Position numbers and translations under genes: made by a program. From positions 1 to 64,000 of the forward strand of contig JAUCBJ010008503.1 in the NCBI GenBank assembly GCA_032718475.1: a DNA stretch of 64,000 bases. The letters run 5' to 3'. The notes under the pieces were generated by a model. The model ran no database searches. It saw only the letters and a program-made list of their open reading frames with translations, and was not told where the DNA came from. This DNA is from Nemertoderma westbladi. Lineage: Eukaryota; Animalia; Xenacoelomorpha. Numbering within the stretch: the first letter of the stretch is position 1; the number at the start of each line of letters is the position of its first letter. Below are positions 24,578 to 36,446 of this stretch, in pieces.

Positions 24578-26672
24578 TAGGGCTCAACAGAAGCTTCGGC
24601 TTCGGTTCGGTTCGGGCCGAAGTTTGGCAATTTCGGTTCGGTTCGGCTTCTGCAATTGATACTGCAGAAGCCCGGAGCAAACTTTGCTAAATATTCCAAG
24701 TATTACATTGACTGATTGAGACCAGAAGACAGTACAGCAGTAAGACTAATCAATCTGTCCATCGTTGTACTAATTAATTTTGGGGTGTAAACGTTAAGCA
24801 GACACTGGTGCAGAGCAGACAGTGGTGTAGACAGTGATGCAGACAGTGATGCAGACACCTGGTGCAGACAGTGGTGCAGACACTGGTGTAGACAGTGGTG
24901 CAGACAGTGGTGCAGACACTGGTGCAGACAGTGGTGCAGACAGTGGTGCATACACTGGTGCAGACAGTAAAGGGGCGAGCAGGTTAGTAAAGGAGCAGTT
25001 TAGTAAAGGAGCAGGTTTCAGAGGAGTATTGGGGGAACCAAAACAATAAACGTTATTGTTTTGCGGGCTAAGAATACCCAAGGGCCAAGAATACTCACAG
25101 GCTAAGAATACTCGCGGGCTAAGAATTCCTGAGACCTTTACTGTAGTTAGCTGGTTAGTGAATGTATATTCCCAGCATGAGACAATAACTTAATTACTGT
25201 AGCTCGTTTTATTATACATTAATAAGCAGTGGCTCCAGTAAAGGTAAACAAATTAAACACTCTGTATAAAGTAGGACATGTATAAACAATCAATAAACCT
25301 CATTCCTTGGAGACATTGTTTTGGTTAGAAAAGCCCACCACTGTAACCTGCTCCTTTCCGTTAATTAAGTAATGGAGATTAGTTTATTGTTTTGGTTAGA
25401 AAACACCACCACTGTAACACCATCGGTCAGGTCGGTACGCATATGAACGATAACCAACCTTTCAGTAGTTGGTCGCATATTTGTAGATAATAAAGTCTAT
25501 GATAAAATATAATATAATAGTGCCTGGTGGTATTGTGTTTTGTGGTACTCTGGTATTTCAGTATTTTCACCAGGTGTCTGCACCAGTGTCTGCACCACTG
25601 TCTGCACCACTGTCTGCACCAGTGTCTGCACCACTGTCTGCACCACTGTCTGCATCACTGTCTGCACCAGTGTCTGCACCAGTGTCTGCACCACTGCCTG
25701 CACCACTGTCTGCACCACTGTCTGCACCACTGTCTGCACCACTGTCTGCACCACTGTCCGCACCAGGTGTCTGCACCACTGTCCGCACCAGGTGTCTGCA
25801 CCACTGTCTGCACCAGTGTCTGCACCACAGTCTGCACGCTGCACCACTGTCTGCACCAGTGTCTGCACCACTGTCCGCACCAGGTGTCTGCACCACTGTC
25901 TGCACCACTGTCTGCACCAGGTGTCTGCACCACTGTCCGCACCAGGTGTCTGCACCACTGTCTGCACCAATGTCTGCACCACTGTCTGCATCGCTGTCTG
26001 CACCAGTGTTTGCACCAGTGTCTGCACCACTGTCTGCTTAACGTTTACACCCTTAATTGTGGACTGAACTTCCATTTAAAAAATGGCATTATTTTTTTAA
26101 TTGTTTCCAGTTTACTTGGGTAGTTTCAAAATTAGCTTAATTATACAGTAGTTTAGGTTAGGCTAAATATTGCCATTTTACTTTGTAGTACCTATTTTTT
26201 AATTAATCATAACTTTGATACATAATACCAAATATACCTACCACCTCATATAAATTGTATTACAAAGACTACCTGTACTTTTAGTGAGGTTTTCTAAATT
26301 TGATGTCACTACTGACTACTGTACGGCTTACTACGGGTGAAAATGTGGTGCATACAGTAAGTGCATGCATACAGTAAGTATACAGTAGTTTAGGTTAGTA
26401 ATGTACAGTAATGTAAATATCTGAATATTGCCATTTTATTTTGTAGGACTTATTTTTTTAATTAATCATAGCTTTCTCGCTAAGTCCGCAGACCAAATAG
26501 GTACCAGTCTGCCAGTGCCAGTCAGCCAGTATAGTGACGTAAATACGAATTTATGACCATAACTTGCTAACTTTCTGAACTTCGGTTCGGATTCGGTTCG
26601 GTTCGGCCCGAAGTTAGCCCTGCTTCGGTTCGGTTCGGTTCGGCCCCATAAAGTGCCTTCTGTTGAACCCTA
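24578..26672. mobile_element. hAT-like non-autonomous element
   Basis: TAGGGCTCAACAGAAG...CTTCTGTTGAACCCTA termini, 8-bp TSD GTCACAAC, (TTCGG)n subterminal repeats. Confidence 0.9.
24783..26052. mobile_element. GGGT-ended foldback element with 12-bp arrays, nested in the hAT-like element
   Basis: TIR GGGTGTAAACGTTAAGCAGACA; 9-bp TSD TTAATTTTG/TTAATTGTG; inverted GTCTGCACCACT arrays at 24800-24967 and 25573-26037. Confidence 0.88.
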
Positions 26673-26874
26673 GTCACAACCAGCAACACCCACCATAGAA
26701 AACAATGTACCAATGACACGCCACTCCACACGATACGTGATACCACCTCGCCGCCTAATCGCTGAGATATAAACTATAGAAACTCTTATATCGAACTTAA
26801 GTGATATAAACAACAATTATGAAACTCCATAAAAACTGAAGCATAAACTTAATCAACCCTAGAAGAGGGGGGCA

Positions 26875-27142
26875 TGTGTTAGGAGCATAACTCATATAGG
26901 ACCTAACGACATATTACTCATAAAAACTACAGCAGGACTGACTGTATCCCGGACTGTACGCCAGTGTTGTACTTAGGCCTAGATATATATATACGCGCAT
27001 GTGCCGTGCATGCTGTACTGCTGTTTGCAGACAGCGCAGAGTACCGTTGTAGTTGACTACATGATTATTGATCACTGGCCCTATACGTTGTTGTGATAAC
27101 GCGAGCCTATTATTATTATTATTGTCCATCACTAATATAACA
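26875..27142 (+). mobile_element. Probable 3' LTR of the Gypsy element
   Basis: Starts TG 2 nt after the PPT and ends at TAACA. No partner LTR in the window, so the right edge is inferred. Confidence 0.6.
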
Positions 27143-28426
27143 TGTTATTGCTAGGTTTTTGTAGTAGGCCTATTTACAGATTTATGTCAGGCTGTTGGCC
27201 CTATTTGTCTGTTTGTATATTTGATTGATTAGATTGACATTGACTGATTGACCTGACTGTCAGACTGTATCCGCTATATTGTCAAACAGTCTACTGGCTG
27301 ACTGGACTGGCAGGTCCATATACCTGACTGCAGTTGAGATTGAGATTATTTATTGAGGACTAATACTGTAATAGGGCCTATAGTATCGGAACGAAACAAC
27401 AACTGGTAAAGATATGCATGACCAACTGAAAGTATTTAACAAGGATTTAACACAAAGTACCAAATCGAATTAGTTAAAATCACAAATTAAATTTTAAAAA
27501 CAGAAAAAGAATAGGCCTAAGTACGAAGTAGGCCTATGTTCTGATGTTTGTTAAAATAAAAGCTTGGTAACACAAATTAATTAAAATCACGAATCGAATT
27601 TAGGAATGTATGCAAGCTAAGTTAAAAGTTAAAATCACGCTTAAAATAGGCCTACAGAAATCACTTCAAAATCAAACCTAAAATCACTTTAAAATCACGC
27701 TTAAAAACACATTAAAATTACGCTTAAAATCACTGAAATTATTTAATTTATAGTACCAAACCAATTAATTAAAATCACAGGTATATTAGCCTCGAGGAAT
27801 GCCCCTTGCAGCCTTGAGGTAAAGACCTAGTCTGCCAGGCAGATCCAGGAAAAAACCCTCTTGCTTATAGAACCAAACATACCAAACTTGTCCCATTTTT
27901 ACCCCGTCTTACCCTAAAAAAGGAATGTAAAATTGTTCCTATGAGCTGCGCGACTTTTTGAGATATGCTGAGCTGAGCTGATATGCATGACATGAGCTGC
28001 GCGATTTTGTATGGATTATGATGAGGTGCGCGTGATGTCGAAACTCAGAACATTTTCAAAAGCGTAGGCCTCCGGTACTTGCGCGCTAATGCATGAATTC
28101 CAACCTGGTATTAGCTGATTAGGCTAACCTGCTACTGTACAGCCGTACGCTACACTAGGTGCTCGTGCTAGGCTGCTAGGCCTACCAACTGACCAGCCTA
28201 CAGTTTGTTATTTATTCGTTTGAGTCCTTTACCGAGCCATACAGGAACAGGATTAGGCCTAGCAGCCCTGCCTGCCTGCAGCCTGGCAACTGCCATTCTA
28301 TAACTGTATAATATAACGGTACCAGGTACAGGTACGGTAGGCCTATATGTTGTTTAAATTTAACCTACCGGTAAAATTAAATAATGTGATTTCTGTATTT
28401 GGACAGTTATATATCGTAATAGAAAA

Positions 28427-30049
28427 ATGAATAATCCTAGGAAATTCAGTGAAAAGATTGCATTGCATACACAGAAACAAGCAGAGGAGACAGCAGCATT
28501 CGATGCTATCATGAAGGAGGTTTCCAATATTCCATTTGTACACTTATCAACAAATACCTTCAATGCTGTTTCAATGCCTAATGTTATTGAGACCTCTCGC
28601 CAATCTCGGCTCTCCCTACATCAGGCAAACATCGACCTACAGGGTGCCCTGGCAAACCTCAGTTGTATGACAGGAGCCTCTTCCGTAGTCCCTCCACTAG
28701 GTCACTCATCTCGGAGTGGAAGCACCCACTCACTGCACGGAGGTACACCCAAGTGCAATCTGCCCAGCCCTGTGTTTCAACGAGAGCGATTAGGCTCTAC
28801 TAGTAATGCACCGAGCGCCCGCTCTGCTCGATATTATGCTAAACGAGATTCTTCTCCATATTCGAAACCTTACCTCAGCCCACCGCCGGAGGGCTGGCGA
28901 CGCACTGCATCCGATTCGGCGCTACACTGGAGTGCTCGACACAGTCGAGATGGCAGTGCGGCTGGCTCCCATCACCCTTCCCCTATCGGTAGCCACTACA
29001 TCCAAAGAGGCAGCATTGTGGATCATTCTGGTGCAGAACTACATAACCATTTGTTGCGTATAATGCAACAGGGGCAGGCCCAAAGTTTGCAACTCAAACC
29101 TGTTCAAGTTCCACAACCCAATGATGCATCTCAACCCATACCTGGCATACATCTTTTTCCATCAAATGCTGCTGCCAGTAGTGGTGGAAGTCTGCCAGAC
29201 CTGCCCCAACTTTTAGACTTCGCACTCTCATCAGTATCACCTGTGTCCACATCGCCCATGCGAATTTCGCCTCACTCTGCTGCCAACCAGAGTCAACCTC
29301 TCCTTGAAAATCATTCCTTACAAGGTCACCAACGTATACCCTTGCGACAGACCATGTCAAACCCTCAACCACACTCAATACAATCTTATGGGATGGCCAA
29401 TATACCTCCTCAACGAGATTATAGAGTCCCGCAGGTTGAATCGTACCAGCAACAGGTCAACCTTGATCCACAAACAAATCAGACTAATTTCCCACCAATT
29501 GCGGATCTTAATTTCTGCATATCAAATCCCCTACAGTTTGCACCGAATTTGCCTGTTACACAAAATCCCAACAACCATATAGAATGTGAGCCACTACGGG
29601 AATTCCCGACCCCCTACCCTGCGGGTTGTTTCCTCACGAACGAACAAACCTCGACTTTACAGAAACAATTCGCAGATTTTTCAATGTTTCCTGGCATTGG
29701 CAATAGAGATTTAGCGACATCTATATTTCCAGACGGAGAAACCCCATGTAGTTTCGCTGATAAATCTCAACATGTGCAAACATCTGGCGCATACCAATCC
29801 ACTGCAATCACCAGTCCTAACAACAATCCCAAAAAGGATTGCGCTAACACCATACCTGATATTGTACTCACCAGTACTCTTTCCCAGGATCTTGCTGAAT
29901 CATTTGATATTGATGTGTTGCTCGCTTCCGATGAGGCCCTAACCGCAGATCTCGATCCTATTGACCTGGACGGGCTAAGGATGCTCGCAGATGACAATCT
30001 ATTAGCTGACTCATCTGTTGAAGATTCGTTTCGTTTGGATCTTTTGTAG
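28427..30049 (+). CDS. CRTC: CREB-regulated transcription coactivator (CRTC/TORC), single uninterrupted ORF, 540 aa
   Basis: N-terminal NPRKFSEKIALHTQKQAEETAAF, WRRTASDSALH and GGSLPDL regulatory serine motifs, PxIxIT-like PGIHLF/PDIVLT, acidic C-terminus ending DSFRLDLL. Confidence 0.96.
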   Translation: MNNPRKFSEKIALHTQKQAEETAAFDAIMKEVSNIPFVHLSTNTFNAVSMPNVIETSRQSRLSLHQANIDLQGALANLSCMTGASSVVPPLGHSSRSGSTHSLHGGTPKCNLPSPVFQRERLGSTSNAPSARSARYYAKRDSSPYSKPYLSPPPEGWRRTASDSALHWSARHSRDGSAAGSHHPSPIGSHYIQRGSIVDHSGAELHNHLLRIMQQGQAQSLQLKPVQVPQPNDASQPIPGIHLFPSNAAASSGGSLPDLPQLLDFALSSVSPVSTSPMRISPHSAANQSQPLLENHSLQGHQRIPLRQTMSNPQPHSIQSYGMANIPPQRDYRVPQVESYQQQVNLDPQTNQTNFPPIADLNFCISNPLQFAPNLPVTQNPNNHIECEPLREFPTPYPAGCFLTNEQTSTLQKQFADFSMFPGIGNRDLATSIFPDGETPCSFADKSQHVQTSGAYQSTAITSPNNNPKKDCANTIPDIVLTSTLSQDLAESFDIDVLLASDEALTADLDPIDLDGLRMLADDNLLADSSVEDSFRLDLL

Positions 30050-30899
30050 ATATAGTAGATACACTATAGATATTGGAATTCAATGACGATACATTTTATT
30101 GAATAGAAGTTGAGATATATTATGACTGCGGAAATTAAAAATATATAAATGGAAAGAATTGTGATGAAAAAGGAATGAAAGCTTGTTGAGCTAAATATAA
30201 ATTAATCTTTATTTTTAAATTTAATTAGTTAGCCTAATTTGTCAAGTAAGATGTATAAATTTATACGGTTTTACTTCTATCTTTACTAATTTTATATGGT
30301 ACATCAAATTATATATTATATATATATAATTTATATTTATTAATTTAATATACCGGTACCAAAAGTATTCGGTCGTGGTAGCATATATATACAATCCCAC
30401 CTCCTTACCAGCTAATGTCATCAGTTGAGTGTAAATGGGCTTATCAAAAAATTATACCTTCTAACTATTATTTATAATAACAAACAAATTAAAACAGTAT
30501 AAACTGTGCTTTCTGTCCACGATCTTCATTTAGTTTATTTTAACAAAATCTGAATTTAGTTCGCTACTAATCTTTTCCATATTGTGCTTGTTTGTTATTA
30601 TCCGACGTTATTGTTAAGTAAAACTAATTGTTTTTCTGATGATGCATTGGATTGGTATTATGTATCCGTAGTTCTATAATTATTGTATCATTTCAAGCCT
30701 GCATTTCTGAAAAAGTATATTCATATTATTTTGATGGCATGAAATCTGGCCAACCTAGTTTATCTGCTTAAATTCAAATGAATATTGAGACAGATCGGTG
30801 GATATATATATCATACTTTACTTATTTTTCTATTGTTCTAGATCCGCGTATATATATATATACTTACAATTGTGGATATATTATATACACTTATATTTT

Positions 30900-31186
30900 A
30901 TATTTCTTTAAATTATATATATATTTCCAATAAATATATAAACCACTCGGTCACTTAAAAAATTCTTACTGTTAACAAACTTTCTGGTTTATCATTACCC
31001 TTATTCATGCAATTATGCAATTTAATTTATAGGCCTATAGTCCCATATACAATAGTTCATTTTTTTCACAAATATTCGATTTAAATTATACTGTAGATTC
31101 TTTCTTTTTTTCTGTAAATCCTATTTTTTATATAAGTGACTGAGTGGTTTATATATTTATTGAAAAAATATAATTTTAAGAAATAT
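30900..31186. mobile_element. AT-rich MITE-like inverted repeat
   Basis: ~60-bp arms (CAATAAATATATAAACCACTCGGTCACTTA / TAAGTGACTGAGTGGTTTATATATTTATTG). TSD not resolved. Confidence 0.55.
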
Positions 31187-31674
31187 TTATTGGTAAACCA
31201 CCTGACACATGCATGGTTGGTGTTGAGAGAGATTAGAAAGTCTTTCTACACTTATATATATATATCTATTTTATTCATAACGGACCTATCAGCATAGATT
31301 ATATCTATGTTTCATGTGCCATAAACCATGTGCAGTGTAGTTAATATTTATTGTGCAATTTTTAACGTATTAATTAATTATTGACAATGGTGTGATTTCT
31401 GTAGTGTGCTAAATAATTGTTTTGGTCTAAATACTGATTAGCACTTTTGTTAGATATTAAATTTTAATAGGCCTTTCATGTTCGTTTTTTAATTTGAATT
31501 AGATACACACATAACACACAGTATTATGAATATCTTACTTAATATGCCAGTCTAAACGGTGTACCGGTATCACAGTGTAAGTGAATGCAACGAAGCGATG
31601 CAACTTTACTGGCAATTTTAACACATACTGGTATGGTTATTGATGCGTTGGTTTTACATTTTGTATTTATTTAT

Positions 31675-32274
31675 ATACCGACCCCTTAGAACCATATTAT
31701 CCAGCCATGTACAATCATTCCGAGAATAAACGCGTTCTAAGTTTTTGAAGTAACGCGATAACATCGACACATCTTTATAATGATATATATAGTGTTTTTT
31801 TTTTAATGGAAATGCCCAACAGCTCAACTAAATGGCGTGATATCAAAATATGTATTGCCAATTTTTAAAAACCAATGAATTTTTTGGACATGCGTCATTC
31901 TTACATAGGTTAGGTAATTTAAATCCCAAACATCACTGTAAGATAAGCAAAAATGAGCCATATCCAAAAATTTTGCGTTTAAAAAAATTATAATTGTTAT
32001 TAGGCATAGTAATAGTAGGAAATTAGGCCTTCTTTGTCTTTGTTAGGTTTATGCTGTTGCGGTACCGTTGAGCCACGTCCGCCCATCGCTCATTATTTTA
32101 AAACCCACCCTCTGAAATATGTGCCAGATCTGCTAGTTTGAATGCAGAAATGGACTTTAGCCTTTTATCATGGAAACCACTTCTGTTCAGCATTCACACA
32201 GTACCATTAACTCAATTTGGACAAAATGTGGACATGGCTGGTTGGTGGTTATGGTTCTAAAGAGTCGATACTAT
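31675..32274. mobile_element. Possible Tc1/mariner-like MITE
   Basis: Imperfect TIR CGACCCCTTAGAACCATA / TATGGTTCTAAAGAGTCG in TA context. Confidence 0.45.
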
Positions 32275-33079
32275 AATCCTATATAATTCAACATTATTTA
32301 ACGTCGATAGCATTGAGAGCATGTTGTAATATACAACATTACAAATGCAGCTTGAGCTATAATAGTTAACTACATATTCAACTACTATTTCAACTGATTT
32401 TGATGTTGAACTTTACCTTTGTACAAACATTCAATGTCACTAAACTGTATTAAATATTAATTTAGGCCTAGCCTATCTATATTATAATATCTATACCGAA
32501 CCGGTATCACGGGCGGTCACTTATGAAAATAGATTGAATTTACTTTATTCAGGTAAAAACCTCTTTATTGCATTGGAAACAATTCTGTCCAGTCGTTTTT
32601 TCCATAAGAACCACTGACTGATGTACAATGGGTGGGATCGATGGGGGATAAAGTGCTAACTTATTTTCCATGCACTTTATATGAATCTTATAAAACCTAA
32701 ACTTGTCACTATAATAATAATAAGTACCTTATTTAATTTGTAAGAGGAACTCAAAAATTACATGACATCTATAATTAGCCAAACTACAATACAGCCGCCA
32801 AAACAACTTAAATATAATATTGTAATAGTAAACTATAACGGATGTAGCAGATATTCGGCCTGATACATAAGATTTAATCCGAAGAAAACATGCGTTAGAA
32901 ATTAGCTATACAGTATACACACACACATTACACAGCTACGATACGATATCTAAAAAAAAACTAAAATATACAAACCGCATCGCACGGCAGATATAAAGTA
33001 TGGGATTATCTCAGAAAATAAACGTTTTTCCTATAGATGGGACCGATAAATTAAAAAAAAAAAAGTTTAAACTGTTTTG

Positions 33080-33237
33080 TAACTATTTACATCATTGTGT
33101 GCAAAGTAGCACTTTGCAGCGTTAAAGACCCTTGTTTATTTATGTAAACCTCCCTCGCTTCGCTCGCTCGGTACATAAATAAAATCGGGTCATAACGCTG
33201 CAAAGTGGTACTTTGCACACAATGATGTAAATAGTTA
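33080..33237. mobile_element. Palindromic MITE-like element
   Basis: ~65-bp near-perfect inverted arms with internal TGCAAAGT..ACTTTGCA palindromes and a CTCGCTTCGCTCG centre. Confidence 0.75.
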
Positions 33238-33361
33238 TTAATCGACTAATAAAAAATAGCAAACTTTTAGGAATAGTTCTCCATTGGACCGACTACACGA
33301 CTAAAACAAAAAATAGAATCCTGTCGGAGGGCTGTAGTGGAGCGCATCGGAGGTCCGCGAA

Positions 33362-33708
33362 GGAAGCGGACTGTAGTGTAGCGGAACGTGGGAAGCGGAC
33401 TGTAGTGTAGCGGAACGTGGGAAGCGGACTGTAGTGTAGCGGAACGTGGGAAGCGGACTGTAGTGTAGCGGAACGTGGGAAGCGGACTGTAGTGTAGCGG
33501 AACGTGGGAAGCGGACTGTAGTGTAGCGGAACGTGGGAAGCGGACTGTAGTGTAGCGGAACGTGGGAAGCGGACTGTAGTGTAGCGGAACGTGGGAAGCG
33601 GACTGTAGTGTAGCGGAACGTGGGAAGCGGACTGTAGTGTAGCGGAACGTGGGAAGCGGACTGTAGTGTAGCGGAACGTGGGAAGCGGACTGTAGTGTAG
33701 CGGAACGT
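33362..33708. repeat. 29-bp minisatellite, 12 copies
   Basis: GGAAGCGGACTGTAGTGTAGCGGAACGTG repeated with no variant seen by eye. Confidence 0.97.
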
Positions 33709-35152
33709 AAGGGCATGATTCCCCACACCTCCCGACTTTTTATGTGGGATTGTTTTAATCATACACGGATTAGTTCTCGATATTCTGCTCTGCACATCCA
33801 TAACAGTGATGCAATTACAAAAGCAAATTAAAATACTGCTGAATTAAACTATTTATAGTTTCTATACAGAATAAGTACGGATATCCATTATCGCAGAAAT
33901 TTGGAATACGATAAACTGTTTCAAAATTGCCGCTTCAAGAAAAAGAGAGATGTAGAAAGCTAGCAAACATTCTATACTAATTGAACATATTGCGATTCGC
34001 TTTTAACATAAATAAAATATAAAACAAACGGTAACCAACATAACATGTAATCTTGTACTTGTACAAATAATTGAATTAAAATGAAATACGAAAGGAAATA
34101 ATATATTAACAAACATAACATTAAAAATTTATTTTCTGTTATTAAAAACTTGGCGGCACATTTTATAAGTAGACAAAATAATTCGATGAGAGACTTTGAA
34201 TAACAAAAGTTAGAAAAACAGTTCGAGGAATAAATCTCAATAAAGTACACAGACGCTGTGGAAACGTTTAGTTTCTAATTAAACATTTCGTATTATAGGG
34301 TTTGGCACAAATATATTAATTTCGGTGATTTTCAGCTTAGGACCGCGAATTTTTACTGCGTTTGTGGCCGCATTTTTTAGAACAATGAAACCACAATGAC
34401 ACCTTTTTCCGCTTATTTTTGTTGACATTATGAGCTGCGTTTTCTTATTGTTTTTTTTTACTAGAATGTTTACCACCTCAAAACAAAAAGGGCATAAAAC
34501 GGAAATGGAACTTTTCATCCATTTCCCTTTCTCATATAAGAAATATAAGTCGATTATTATTATCAATAAAAGTTAAAATTTCCTGATACAAATTATAGGC
34601 ATATAAGGACTACCATTAAACTATATTATACTGAAAGCGTAAAGAGCCCAACTAGTTTATATCTAATGCACCTTCATTGATGAATGCTTTCAATGATTAA
34701 ATAAAAAAATAACAAGATATTGGAGCCTTTATATTCCAGTTTAGGTTTAGAACAACATAATATAATAATTCATAGAATTTAATTTATTTTGTTTAATTCA
34801 AATGAAGATAGTAAAGTAAGCCAACAAAATAACGAACAATCAGCCGACCGGGCCGAACTATAAATGCCAATATTGTGATATGAGAAAGTGAGTTCGCTGT
34901 GTAACATAAACTGAACATGGGTTATCGTGAAAATCAAGCTAATTAAACCAAGCCACAAAATATATTATTACCAAAAATATATTGGAAAATATAAGTGCAA
35001 ACCGAAAGAAAAGGTAACAACTAACAAACCTTCTCCTTTTTAACCTGTGAGAAAAAATATATAAAAATAACAGCAGAGACATCCTAATAAAATACATCGC
35101 ACTGTAAATAAAAAAATATTATATTCAATGGAGAAAACTAATGATGTAAAGT

Positions 35153-36260
35153 GAACTGAGTGCGAACACCCGGTACAACCAGATACCGAACTGAGTGCGA
35201 ACACTCGGTACAACCAGATACCGAACTGAGTGCGAACACCCGTTACAACCAGATACCGAACTGAGTGCGAACACCCGGTACAACCAGATACCGAACTGAG
35301 TGCGAACACCCGGTACAACCAGATACCGAACTGAGTGCGAACACCCGGTACAACCAGATACCGAACTGAGTGCGAACACCCGTTACAACCAGATACCGAA
35401 CTGAGTGCGAACACCCGTTACAACCAGATACCGAACTGAGTGCGAACACCCGGTACAACCAGATACCGAACTGAGTGCGAACACCAGGTACAACCAGATA
35501 CCGAACTGAGTGCGAACACCCGGTACAACCAGATACCGAACTGAGTGCGAACACCCGGTACAACCAGATACCGAACTGAGTGCGAACACCCGGTACAACC
35601 AGATACCGAACTGAGTGCGAACACCCGTTACAACCAGATACCGAACTGAGTGCGAACACCCGGTACAACCAGATACCGAACTGAGTGCGAACACCCGGTA
35701 CAACCAGATACCGAACTGAGTGCGAACACCCGGTAGAACCAGATACCGAACTGAGTGCGAACACCCGGTACAACCAGATACCGAACTGAGTGCGAACACC
35801 CGGTACAACCAGATACCGAACTGAGTGCGAACACTCGGTACAACCAGATACCGAACTGAGTGCGAACACTCGGTACAACCAGATACCGAACTGAGTGCGA
35901 ACACCCGTTACAACCAGATACCGAACTGAGTGCGAACACCCGGTACAACCAGATACCGAACTGAGTGCGAACACCCGGTACAACCAGATACCGAACTGAG
36001 TGCGAACACCCGTTACAACCAGATACCGAACTGAGTGCGAACACCCGGTACAACCAGATACCGAACTGAGTGCGAACACCCGGTACAACCAGATACCGAA
36101 CTGAGTGCGAACACCCGGTACAACCAGATACCGAACTGAGTGCGAACACCCGGTACAACCAGATACCGAACTGAGTGCGAACACCCGGTACAACCAGATA
36201 CCGAACTGAGTGCGAACACCCGGTACAACCAGATACCGAACTGAGTGCGAACACCCGGTA
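35153..36260. repeat. 35-bp minisatellite, ~32 copies
   Basis: GAACTGAGTGCGAACACCCGGTACAACCAGATACC with recurrent CCGTTA and CTCGGTA variants; no spacers. Confidence 0.97.
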
Positions 36261-36446
36261 ACGTACAACACATACAATATGCCGATATGAGAGGCCATTA
36301 TGCACCGATCCTGAAATAACCACCAGTAAAACGCCAAAATTCATGCTGTCGGCTACCGTGAAGCCGACCAGAGGTTAGAATATCGCCCTGGTCAACCAGG
36401 TTAGTGTAACCGGAAGTTCTGTCATTAATAACGACGAACAGACCGG

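Larger units (their letters stand above)
15316..27142 (+). mobile_element. Ty3/Gypsy (Mag-like) LTR retrotransposon remnant fragmented by five insertions
   Basis: Removing the insertions restores AAKRDQATITKANQL|MTTGESISRISTYR (gag), QCI|TLGLISTDFPNQIFTCIN|DTMADD (into RT) and the C-terminus TRHSTRYVIPPRRLIAEI* (~26772). PPT AGAAGAGGGGGG at 26861-26872. Protease and 5' LTR not seen. Confidence 0.88.

Noticed and set aside
35153-36260. CRISPR-like array (35-bp period; also 29-bp at 33362 and 38-bp at 60437)
   Set aside because: Units are head-to-tail with no unique spacers, there are no cas genes, and the context is eukaryotic.
35243-36337. 364-aa ORF and overlapping ORFs
   Set aside because: Open in several frames only because the repeat lacks stops; no independent coding evidence.
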